64,000 bases of DNA from Ophelia neglecta (lineage: Eukaryota): the NCBI GenBank assembly GCA_965285935.1, contig OZ260664.1:40486001-40550000 (forward strand), in the 5' to 3' direction. This document shows positions 43,801 through 52,166 of this stretch, piece after piece. Numbering within the stretch: the first letter of the stretch is position 1; the number at the start of each line of letters is the position of its first letter. The notes beneath the pieces are model-generated. The model saw only the letters and a program-made list of their open reading frames with translations, was not told the DNA's origin and searched no databases. The translations under genes were made by a program, and so were the position numbers.

Positions 43801-44928
43801 TGCAAAATCATGTTATTGGTTTATTGCTTAATGCTTGGTCATGCATGGCTGATCACTATGGTCATGTGACTAACAAGACCATAACATGTCTTGTTTGTAA
43901 ACAAACAATTAGCTTATGGGCATGTTTAAAATCCCGTATTTGAGTAAAAAAGAAAATGCTAAGAATGAAGATAAACACACCAATGGATAGAGCAGATTTA
44001 GCTCTATCTAAAACAGTTAATTTTTAAAAATCACACAATTATGACATTTATCATCAACTAGGGGTTTGGTATATCCTTAAAAACATTAAAATAACCATAA
44101 CAATAAAATTAAATGGCGTTTTTCGTTTAAATTTTAAAATTGATGTATCTTATAATTTTTATATCTTGGAACTAAACTTCAAACAAATACATTACATCAA
44201 TTGATCCAACATAACTGCATAAGCTTTCATGGGGTGTATTGTCCTGCTTCGCAGGTTTCACACCTACCATGGCTGTGGCAATGGAACCGTTTAATAATTG
44301 GGTCTTCAATATGTAGCAAGAGAAAAACAGTTTTTGTATTCATTCAAATTCTAGGAAGCAATTTTTGGAGGTGGGAGGATTCTAGCCGCATAGAAGATGA
44401 AATATTTGTTAACTGAGATGTGGGCAATCTGAATCCCCTACCCCTCCCATATAATTTACAACACACAAAATTCCTTACTTTGCTAACGAAAAGCAGGTAA
44501 CTGTTTTAATTATTAATGAGAAATAAATAGGAATTTATATCTGATATGTTCGCCATTGCATTGTAAAAGTAAGAGGTGGTCAAATTCTCAGCCTAATATT
44601 GACGAGGGGGTCTCATGAATACTAGCCCGCTATTCGAAGGTTGATGTAACTGAACCATTTTGCTTAAAACTCTGATATTAACAGACCTTTAAATGTTCAG
44701 CCTTTTATATATGGCCTACCTACAATATTTCTCAAACAGTTGAAACGAGGAGAATGCATTAATATGGTACTTACCATTTTTCATTCTTAGCATGTTTTCA
44801 AAATAAACTGCACTGAAGGCGTAAATATCGCTAGGCTGTGCCCTCAGGACTTCCCGAGCCAAGCCCTCCAGGATATTTTGGAACCCTTTTGGGACTCGAA
44901 GTTTGGTGTTACTGAAAGGTACGGCCAT
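1190..44928 (-). CDS. SPA17: SPA17/Sp17-like RIIa-domain protein with expanded multi-IQ (PEP-19/neurogranin-like) tail; full gene span, 11 coding exons, about 983 aa
   Basis: Manual join 44928-44775, 11381-11311, 10621-10443, 9927-9768, 9134-8976, 7921-7748, 7366-7211, 6918-6298, 5825-5634, 3858-3385, 1801-1190. All introns are GT-AG and phases are consistent (1,0,2,0,0,0,0,0,0,0), total 2952 nt. The N-terminus and DRFYNN segment match Sp17. Confidence 0.85.
3385..3858 (-). CDS. SPA17: SPA17-like exon 10, acidic low-complexity linker without IQ
   Basis: 474 nt, EGVIPECADPSAD...SIEPKE, rich in E/D/A/P. Acceptor TTACAG, donor GAG|GTACAA, phase 0/0. Confidence 0.72.
5634..5825 (-). CDS. SPA17: SPA17-like exon 9, acidic + IQ module
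   Basis: NSTKQEE...EIDIDLNDPEVEKAATKIQAGFKGFKARKEVKSLK. 192 nt, acceptor ATTCAG, donor AAG|GTATAC. Confidence 0.82.
6298..6918 (-). CDS. SPA17: SPA17-like exon 8, two acidic + IQ-like modules
   Basis: 621 nt open frame GTSNPS...IDIDLEDPEVEKAALKIQSRFSKLK...IDIDLKDPEVEKAALKIQNRFSKSH...TRLGK. Acceptor TTTTCTTAG, donor AAG|GTATCA. Confidence 0.8.
7211..7366 (-). CDS. SPA17: SPA17-like exon 7, acidic + IQ module
   Basis: EPIQEK...EEIDIDLNDPEVEKAAIKIQAKFSKFKSRKSNLM. 156 nt, acceptor TTTCTAAG, donor ATG|GTGCGT. Confidence 0.78.
7748..7921 (-). CDS. SPA17: SPA17-like exon 6, acidic + IQ module
   Basis: DIGSKQ...EEIDIDLNDPEVEKAAIKIQAGFSRFKSKKQSPSTVQ. 174 nt, weak AAG acceptor, donor CAG|GTATTA. Confidence 0.78.
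8976..9134 (-). CDS. SPA17: SPA17-like exon 5, acidic + IQ module
   Basis: AEKAGEQDKPATQTEEADEEIDIDLNDPEVEKAATKIQAGFKGYKTRKDIASK. 159 nt, acceptor CTAACAG, donor AAG|GTAGGT. Not in the ORF track. Confidence 0.87.
9768..9927 (-). CDS. SPA17: SPA17-like exon 4, acidic + IQ module
   Basis: AGETEPHVEEADGDDAAEEVDIDLDDPDVAEAASKIQAGFKGYKARKEVQAMK. Acceptor TTTACAG, donor AAG|GTAGGC, phase 2 to 0. Confidence 0.9.
10443..10621 (-). CDS. SPA17: SPA17-like exon 3, two IQ motifs
   Basis: KPDVDPSDPQQQDAALTIQTKYRQFNAKKVVSEKKEEQAAVKIQAGFRGYQDRQRVKKL(R). Acceptor TTGTAG, donor AG|GTACAT, phase 0 to 2. Confidence 0.9.
11059..11277. repeat. 46-bp tandem repeat, about 4.7 copies, next to the exon-2 donor
   Basis: Unit ATGCTCTATGTGATGTGAATGTTAGGAGGTACTTTAATACCTTAAC. 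Confidence 0.9.
11311..11381 (-). CDS. SPA17: SPA17-like exon 2 (common acceptor exon)
   Basis: Acceptor TCTTACAG, 71 nt, (E)GGVDPAKQGALQEDRFYNNKAFE, donor GAG|GTAAAT. Matches Sp17 DPAEWG..VEDRFYNNHAFE. Too short for the ORF track. Confidence 0.9.
12463..12690 (+). repeat. Dispersed repeat; diverged second copy at about 42031-42240
   Basis: Both copies share ACATTAGGTGACATG, CCATTAC..ACAGT(T/A)ACTTT..AATAA(T)AAAGT and TTTTCCTT..ACAT.ACTTAATTGTTC blocks. Confidence 0.65.
13311..13600 (+). repeat. Dispersed repeat; inverted copy at about 51520-51660 and partial copy at about 34335-34400
   Basis: Similar pseudo-translations (ANHIFYLALLVQLTIFRFLP vs [22 protein letters not shown]) and a shared CTGGACAAAGTCAAA. 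Confidence 0.6.
15952..16054 (-). CDS. Putative alternative first exon C (MGHCMSQECPCIRAKGKYEIVNGRKHARGQTTVT)
   Basis: Start context ataATGG, 103 nt open to the phase-1 donor ACAG|GTAGGA. MGxxxS motif, three Cys and a basic stretch. Confidence 0.58.
18108..18180. repeat. 25-bp tandem repeat, about 3 copies
   Basis: Unit GGGTGTGTCCAGCGTGTGCCTGTGT. Confidence 0.8.
20152..20188 (-). CDS. Putative alternative first exon B (MGCNITSVLCKT)
   Basis: gtcATGGGATGTAACATCACCTCAGTACTGTGTAAGACAG|GTAAGA. 37 nt, phase 1, strong donor, acylation motif. Confidence 0.6.
21366..21551. mobile_element. Tc1/mariner-type MITE
   Basis: CAGTGAAACCTGTGTATTAAGACC ... GGTCTTTAAGGCAGGCTTCACTG|TA; same terminus as the 38165 element. 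Confidence 0.7.
23314..24145 (-). CDS. Putative alternative first exon A of the SPA17-like gene (277 aa, MGCNASK acylation motif), or a nested single-exon gene (293-aa ORF to 23264)
   Basis: Long hydrophilic ORF, start context aaaATGG, MG-C-x-x-S-K motif. Strong phase-1 donor GAAG|GTAAGG at 23314/23313; further phase-1 donors at 23428 and 23278. Confidence 0.75.
24559..24846. repeat. 44-50-bp tandem repeat, about 5-6 decaying copies
   Basis: Unit GAGGATTTGTCTTTACCTACATACATGT(GTATGTT)CACTGATGTTGGCCA. Confidence 0.85.
27728..28080. repeat. About 24-bp minisatellite (TTTTATTTTGTCATACCCTTGGTG-like)
   Basis: Direct inspection; source of the FYFVIP repeat ORF. Confidence 0.9.
29575..30180. repeat. 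21-bp minisatellite, about 29 copies (GCTGGCCACACATAGGGCAGA)
   Basis: Direct inspection; produces the ATHRAEL-type repeat ORFs in several frames. Confidence 0.95.
34958..35311. mobile_element. PIF/Harbinger-type MITE
   Basis: TIRs GGGAACGTTCATTATTTATGGCC and GGCCATAAATAATGAACGCTCCC, TAA on both flanks (34955-34957, 35312-35314), internal G-run tandem repeats. Confidence 0.8.
38165..38342. mobile_element. Tc1/mariner-type MITE
   Basis: TA|TAGTGAAACCTG ... CAGGTTTCACTG|TA with internal AATTAGGG repeats. Confidence 0.75.
43643..43817. mobile_element. Fold-back (palindromic) MITE-like element
   Basis: Imperfect inverted arms of about 75 bp: AATAACATGATTTTG..GGGCGTTAC..TTATTAGCAGCCC..CATAGTCATAG and its reverse complement. 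Confidence 0.7.
44775..44928 (-). CDS. SPA17: SPA17-like coding exon 1: RIIa dimerization/docking domain
   Basis: MAVPFSNTKLRVPKGFQNILEGLAREVLRAQPSDIYAFSAVYFENMLRMKN resembles the Sp17 N-terminus (MSIPFSNT..RIPQGFGNLLEGLTREILREQP..I.AFAA.YFE.LL). 154 nt, phase-1 donor G|GTAAGT. Confidence 0.93.
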
Positions 44929-47101
44929 TGTAACTAGGTTGGTTTTCGTATCAGTAAAATAGGGAAGAAATTAAAATGGAAATCGTCTGCGAGAGTCCCC
45001 GTTGGCAATGAAGTCGTCAGCTTTGCTTGACACTGCTAGGCTTACTAGTACACTAGTACATACAGGCTCAGCGCGTTGACTTGAGGGGGTTGCTTGACTA
45101 CCACATACACATGTCAACACACACATGTTGGGGGAGAGTTGGCGCCAACTTTAAAAGGTTAAAAGTAGTATCACTTTGTACAATCTTTCTGTTTCATCGT
45201 ATTTTTATAGTCTTTTTTTGTGGTTCATTTCAAAAGATAACTATGTTATTCTATATATTGACGACAAAATGTTTAAAAAGACAGAATAAAACATTCGAGC
45301 CAAATGTTGGACGTTTTATCTGGGACTAGTATGAATATTCAATATACTAGTCCCAGGTTTTATCAACCAAACTGAGTTACACGACATTTGTTCCATTTGG
45401 AACCTTTCGGCCCATATCCAAGTCGTCACAAAGGCTCATGGCAAGCTGTGTGCTTGGTTACGACTTGGAAATAACACTCCAGATGGAAGCTAACCAACCA
45501 TACTTCAAAACCTGAAACACTTGTTAAGTTATGGCTCATAATTGCGAATTAGTCTGCAAAATTCTATTGATGGTTATGAAGGTATATAAAAGACAAAGTA
45601 AAGAATGAATCTTCAGGATGTGAACCAGAGACTTATAGAGCTATAGCAAACTGTTATTAAACTGAATGCTAATAACAGAAAATTGCTCTAAGAAGAAAAC
45701 GTTGTTTCCAGTGGTTGTCAAGTTTTATCACAGGTTCCAGAAACTTATTTTAAGTGCTTAATTATAATTTGCCTTATTGACCAAAGCTAGCCTTTGACTG
45801 TTATAAATGTATTGTGATAGATCTACAAGCACTAATTTGAAATTTGCATATGTCAAGTTTGGAGCACTTATTTTTAGGAGAAAATGAACTTTAAAAAACC
45901 AAGTTTACCTCTTTTTATACCTTTCCCCAAGTTTTTTTCAAAGTTAAATTGTTTTATTAGTGGTAATTATTCATCTTGTTGTTAAATTGACCTAGTGCTT
46001 TATACTTGACAATGATTGCAATGTAGCTTCCCTATGTGCTTTTTGCTCTTCTCTTGCTACATGTGCTAGCATACCTTTTTACTCACTATCCCTTGTTGCT
46101 TATTTTTTCAACAATACCAGAGATTAAAATAAATCTCTTAAGAATACACATTTTACTTCCCAACGAATGCTCTTCACTTCATTTGCACACTCTACACGGT
46201 TTGTTCGAGCCTTGTTCATGTTCTCTGCCTTTTGTGATACTCAATGTCATATGAAGCATCGATATGTTCCAATGTGTTTCCCGGGTGAAACACGTGGTCT
46301 CACATTAGTGGCATGGAGGGTTACCAACTAACGTTAGTGCACTGTTTTTTTTTGTATGTGATTTGCATCCAGATGGTGATCACTGTATACATAACTGGAT
46401 AAAAAATTTATTATATTTATCTAAAGCTCTTTCTGTGTGATGTCGACTTTTCAAAAATGCTGTTTACTTGGCAATGTGATATTTTCATGGAACGCGCGCT
46501 TTGCCATGTACTTTAATTGTGATATGGGTAATTTGGTAAACAAGGTCCTCTTTACTAATGCAATTGTAAAGTTTAACCACAATTGAGACTCCATACATAT
46601 CTTAATGTGCAATATTTTTTTAGCTCTTCTTTGTATGGCAACGGTAAAAAATACGGCGTGATCATAAAAAACTGACCTCCAAGACAGGTTCACGAACGTT
46701 TTAACTTACACTGAAACTGAAAAAAAAAAGCTTATGCAATCTCTTTAGTTCCAAATTTCCCGTTCTCGACGAAGTTAATAATGAACACTCCTTAATGCAT
46801 CATCACGGGTACATGGTGTGACCCTCTTATGAACAGCCGAGTAAATCTTCGGAGTCTGGAGCGTCTGCGGCCAGCTTATATTTGAGACGAATTGACCGGT
46901 TTCCGATTATTTTGTTCAAAACTGACGGACAGCGTACTTAGATATAATGCAAGTTGGGACTGATACAAAAAGAGTGCCACTTACTTACTTTACTAGTAAA
47001 TGCTCTCTCTTTTATTACGTATATTAATCATTACGAAACCAATGTTGCCATTCTGCTGGTATAGCTAGCTTTGGAAGATACAGATCATTTCCGGTGTAAA
47101 C
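44929..47101. promoter_or_regulatory. Divergent intergenic/promoter region between the SPA17-like gene and UFC1
   Basis: Start codons are head-to-head with 2173 bp between them. CpG is raised near 46750-47100 and an ETS-like TTCCGG lies just before the UFC1 ATG. Confidence 0.55.
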
Positions 47102-47224
47102 ATGGTGGACGAAGCTACAAAAAAAAATCTTGCCGAAATCCCTCTTTTAAAGACAAAGGCGGGCCCTCGTGATGGAGATTTATGGGTACAGAGACTCAAG
47201 GAAGAATACCAATCTTTAATCAAG
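47102..47224 (+). CDS. UFC1: UFC1 exon 1
   Basis: 123 nt, MVDEAT...EEYQSLIK, donor AAG|GTATTA. Confidence 0.95.
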
Positions 47225-50200
47225 GTATTACCGCTGGTGTTCAATACCAGACAATAAGTAACTTTGCTCCAATATGTTTCAAAAGCTATTTATCATGCCC
47301 CCGCCTCAAATGCCCCGCCTTGCCATGGACGGGATCAGGACGTTCCGTCCCCAAACCAGTCCGGCCCCTAGTCGATCCGGCCCCACCACCTTAGTCGATC
47401 CGGACCCAATACCTTAGTCAGTCTGGCCCCTGCTCCGGCTACCAGACCATGGGTGCTCTTGGTATCCAGTCGATTCGCCCCAATTACCAACTCACATCGA
47501 AATCTGAAATTGTTGATTACTGTTATGTCATACCTCAAGGCTATGTATATGTACAAGCATAAAGGGTGGCCGTTTAACTGCTTAAAATGTACTCGCACCA
47601 TAACATGGCTGACAGCTGTATGAGCCACCAGATCATCAGATCATTGTGAAACATAGATAAAATGGAGAAACACCAATTATACAAAATCAACCCAATGTAA
47701 CTTTAATGAACCCCAGGGCCCAACAGCTTGCGTTAACATACGCCATTTATATTTTGTAGCGCCAATGGTGTATCCTTGGCAGAACACTGTTCAAGGTTGA
47801 GATTTTGGCGGAATTTATGTTTATTTTTAGGACACAAATTTTGAGTACAGTTAAGTTGAAAGTTTTGTTTCTCTGAAACTTCATGATGACATGACTCAAG
47901 CTATGTCTTTCCACTGCTGTCTCTGCTAGCTCTACCAGTTCTAATTAATTTCTTCTCATTATGGCTTGGAACATCATAATCTTACCACAGTTTCTTCATC
48001 CAAGCTGTGAAGTGATGGCAGAAAAAGTGGCGGTCCAGGAAATTCAAAATATCAAAGTAGTTTAGGCAAGTTTTACAGGTTTGAGCCATGTTGGATACCC
48101 AGGGTTCAAAGTTCGGCCTGAATGGCATAGCCACACTTTTTCCAATTGTTTAATATTTTCATCATTAGCTTCAGTTGAAAAGAAACACCTTGTATATAAA
48201 AACAGTCCACTAGAAAGCTAAGCACCAAGTACTACATTATTATTCGCAAATAGCTCAAGATTGGCAAAATTCAGTACAAAGTTAGCAACTCATGATTGAT
48301 CCATCATATGAAGCTATTGAATTGTTTCGTCTAATTTGCCCATTTTCTTAAATGTGAGATATCAAGGCATATTCTAAAAGCAGGTCTGTTATTTGGGGAC
48401 TAGCACCAGTGCAATTTCTTTGCATTGACTGTGTTATGATTTCGATATTTTCGTTATAAATCTAGAATTGGACGCATACAATTAGGACGAAAAATATAGT
48501 TAATTTTTTTGTATCAATTTAAATGCTTTGAAAATTTGGCTCATTGTACATATTAAATTTTGATCTATTTTTAGTGGCAATTTTATTTGCCTCTTTTTTT
48601 CTTTCTAGTATGTGCAAAATAACAAGGAATCTGACAATGACTGGTTCAGACTAGAGTCAAACAAAGAAGGCACGCGATGGTTTGGTAAATGTTGGTATAT
48701 CCATGAACTCCTCAAGTACGAGTTTGATGTGGAGTTTGATGTAAGTGTGACATTTTGTACTTATGACATGTTTTCCTGAAGCATCAACATGTAGCTGTTA
48801 AAGGGCTGACGAAGATATGTGTGTGGGGGGGGGGAGGAGGAGGGGTTAGAAAAAACAGCTTGTTTAATTGTTTATTTGCTAAAAAGAATTATGTTTCCAC
48901 TCTCAGAAGAGAAAATTTGTGACAGTGATAAATGCACTTTTCTAGGATTAAACCAAATTAAAATATTCTGTTTCCTAGTAATTTAAGTCAGCTCTAATAT
49001 GATTTAATACATTTTAATTAAATTTTTTTGAAAAAGGACAAATTCAATTGCAGCAGTTTGTATATAAATGATTGATTAATGGAGATAACATGTCTTGCTT
49101 GCTCTAGATTCCTGTCACCTACCCAACAACAGCACCAGAGATAGCCCTTCCAGAATTAGATGGCAAGACTGCTAAGATGTACAGGTTGGTGAAGCTCTGT
49201 AAACATTATATGTAATATTATCATTGCCATATTAGATATAAGGGAAACACATTGCTTTTCATGGAACTGTGTCCAGTGTCTGGTATCCACATTCATTTTT
49301 GGGCCCTTATAATATACCAAAATTTGGTCTGGGATAGTTTATTATCAGCCTTCAATAAACAACATGGATACCAGTGGCACAAAATTGCATTAAGGCCTCC
49401 ACATTTCCTTGTCATGCAATTGAAATAAAACCCTTGCTGTGTATCAAATTAAATATTTTTGGGCATTTTCGAGGAATTAACTTTAAGTAACCTCTTAACT
49501 TATTTTGTTGCCATAGCAACTGGAATAAAAAATATGACTGTATTTTGTATTCTAACTTTTTAAAGATGCCCTTTAGACCTTAAACTGATAAAGGAAGGGT
49601 ATAAAAAAGGGCTTGCCGAGATTTTTTTTCTTCAGATTAACTCTTTTTCTGTTTTTATATCTTTAAAATCATAATTTCCACCTTTATTTATTTAGCTACA
49701 ACCCAGAACTAATTGGGGGCTTATAGAAAAGCACATCAAATTATGCTTGCCAGCGTGTCCCATCCTCTGGTTTTGCTCCCTTGTTTTTACCAGATGCAAA
49801 CCGTCCAAGGAACATATTTACTATCCCTTTGAGAAGGTTGACTTCATTTTCTTCTTTATGCTTTTTGTTTATCTTTTGCTTAATTACCCATAATTGTCTG
49901 TTTCAGAGGTGGAAAGATTTGTTTAACAGACCATTTTAAACCACTCTGGGCTAGAAATGTACCTAAGTTTGGCATAGCACATGCAATGGCACTTGGAGTA
50001 AGTATTCTGTCAAACATTTTCCATCTCTGGGTGAGTGTCATTGAACTATGGGGTCCTTCACAATTTTATTTAAATATATTTTTGGCATAATGGGATATGT
50101 TTTATGAATTTTGCCAATTTTCCTGGAAGTAAAACTGATGTGAGTTCCTGCATCATTTTTAGACACGTGTCACACATGCTGATCATCCTTCCATCCACCC

Positions 50201-51942
50201 CTCCCTCTGTCCAAACGTACTCCCAATAACAATAGAATGCATTGAGCTACACTCACCAAACATACATGTACATGTATGTCAGATAGTTCCCACATCAAGG
50301 CCTTTCAAGAGTACATTGGTGGTTGACTTTGGCATATTTTTTAAAGTAACAGACATGAAAGATGGGTAATCACTATAATCGCAATGATGTTGCAGTAATT
50401 TGAGATAGCACTACAAAATCCAGGTCCGTTATTGACTACATCAGGACTTTGGATGAATTTATAGATGGGTATCTTTGGCCTATTTTTCAAAATTTCTGTT
50501 AATCACTGTTCTCACAATCATGTGGCAGCAGTTTCAAATAGCTCTACAAATCTTATCTAACTTAATCACCATAAAATGTCCTTTGTTGAGTTCAAAGATG
50601 GGTGACCTTAGCCAATTCCATATTATCCTATGGCACTTTCATGTCACTACATTATGAGAGACCACTGCCCGGGTCAAATTGCTTCAGGCTCTGAAAGCAA
50701 ATGCTGACCTTCAGATGTACTTTTGTAAATTGATGCTTTCCCAAATGCTTATCATGTACACAGGCCTTTAAGATGATCAGGGATCTAGCTGGTGTCATTG
50801 ACAAAAGGGGTCATGTATTGGGGGTCCATCCTCTTCTGCTGATGCCTACTAAACCCATTTCTTTTGGCTAATGCATGGAAAATATTGGGGTATCAGTAAT
50901 ATATTTTATACATATAGTGTTATATACCTGTTGAATGTGGGATACTTAGGTGTGACTGATTATAATGTTCAAAATTAAACAAGTCAACTTAGACATTTAA
51001 AACCTAAAAGAGGAAAAAAACAGTCAGACATTAGTGGGTTCTTTATTTATTACCGAGACAATCTCCGCATAAAACAAATAAGCACACCACTCATCCTACT
51101 GTCCTGGAATATGAAGCTGATTCAACCTATTTGCCCCCCCCCCCCCCCCCCCACTTTTTTGGAGAATACTTGAGGGGATATTTATTGGACCTCATCCTCT
51201 GCCGACACAGCCACAGTTTCAAATGGCTTTAACTTCCCAACCCCTTAGATCTCATATTGAACTTATGGGGAGTGTAGTCCCCCATCCTTTTTTGGAACAA
51301 AAGTAGCAGAAGTGTTTTGGGCCATGTCCTCCATCACTGCCATTTGTTTTAGCTATATGTCAGCAACCTTTTGGCCACAGTGACTTTATTCCACAGGTAT
51401 TGTATATACCTGGAAGATTTGTTTACAGCAATATGGTGACAAAAGTTCGTTTACAAGATTGCACAAAAAGTATCAGAGCTACAGGACTGCAATTGACAGG
51501 AAGGAAGTGTTGTAGGCTTAATATGAACTGAATTACTATTGGCAGAAATCTGAATATAATAAGTTGCCATAGTAATGCAAAATAAAATTTGAAAATGCGA
51601 TTGGCAAAAAATTTCAACTTTTTTTGTTCCTTTTTTTCCCATTGCATGCCATTTCCAGTGACTTCTAAAGTATTTGGGGGGTTCTAGGACCTAGTTTCTC
51701 AGGAAAATTTGCGTAAATTTTATTTTTGCTTTTCTCGTATAAAAACTTTGGGTGCTGTTTTCTAAGGCCTCTCATACTTATAGGAATTGTAAGCATGATA
51801 TATGTAATTTAAAAAAAAACTATGTTCATTTTGCATTTTTATCTGTTTTCAGCTTGGGCCATGGTTAGCTGTTGAAATACCAGATTTGATATCTAAAGAA
51901 ATTATCTCTCATAAACAGAGTGAACAGGCATCTTCTAGTTAA
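47102..51942 (+). CDS. UFC1: Ubiquitin-fold modifier-conjugating enzyme 1 (UFM1 E2), 5 exons, 170 aa
   Basis: Join 47102-47224, 48609-48740, 49108-49184, 49907-49997, 51853-51942 gives [173 protein letters not shown] motif and catalytic Cys116 present; all introns GT-AG. Confidence 0.97.
48609..48740 (+). CDS. UFC1: UFC1 exon 2
   Basis: Long polypyrimidine tract then TAG; YVQNNK...EFD; donor GAT|GTAAGT. Confidence 0.95.
49108..49184 (+). CDS. UFC1: UFC1 exon 3
   Basis: [25 protein letters not shown](R), 77 nt. Confidence 0.95.
49907..49997 (+). CDS. UFC1: UFC1 exon 4 (catalytic Cys)
   Basis: [30 protein letters not shown], 91 nt, donor GGA|GTAAGT. Confidence 0.95.
51853..51942 (+). CDS. 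UFC1: UFC1 exon 5
   Basis: [29 protein letters not shown], acceptor TTTTCAG. Confidence 0.95.
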   Translation, partial: LGPWLAVEIPDLISKEIISHKQSEQASSS

Positions 51943-52160
51943 CACAAGTTTAGTTTAAAGTGTAATTCATGTCTTCACTATATATGCATACATATGTTGA
52001 TTCTTTTGTGTTTAATGGCATGCATATTGGCTAAGATAACTACTAGAACTGTAATATCAGTTTAAAATTATTAAAAACTGATAATGAGGCCCATTTTAAC
52101 ACTTATTCACACTTAATGAATATCATATTGTTCATGGTTTTGATTCAAAATTAAAAAACT

Positions 52161-52166
52161 AATAAA
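52161..52166 (+). terminator. Candidate UFC1 polyadenylation signal AATAAA (second copy at 52267-52272)
   Basis: Canonical hexamer about 220 nt after the stop, followed by a T-rich tract. Confidence 0.5.

Noticed and set aside
49507-49520. Perfect RFX X-box GTTGCCATAGCAAC
   Set aside because: Attractive for a ciliary gene, but it lies in UFC1 intron 3 within repeat-like sequence and a similar motif occurs in the dispersed repeat at about 51563.
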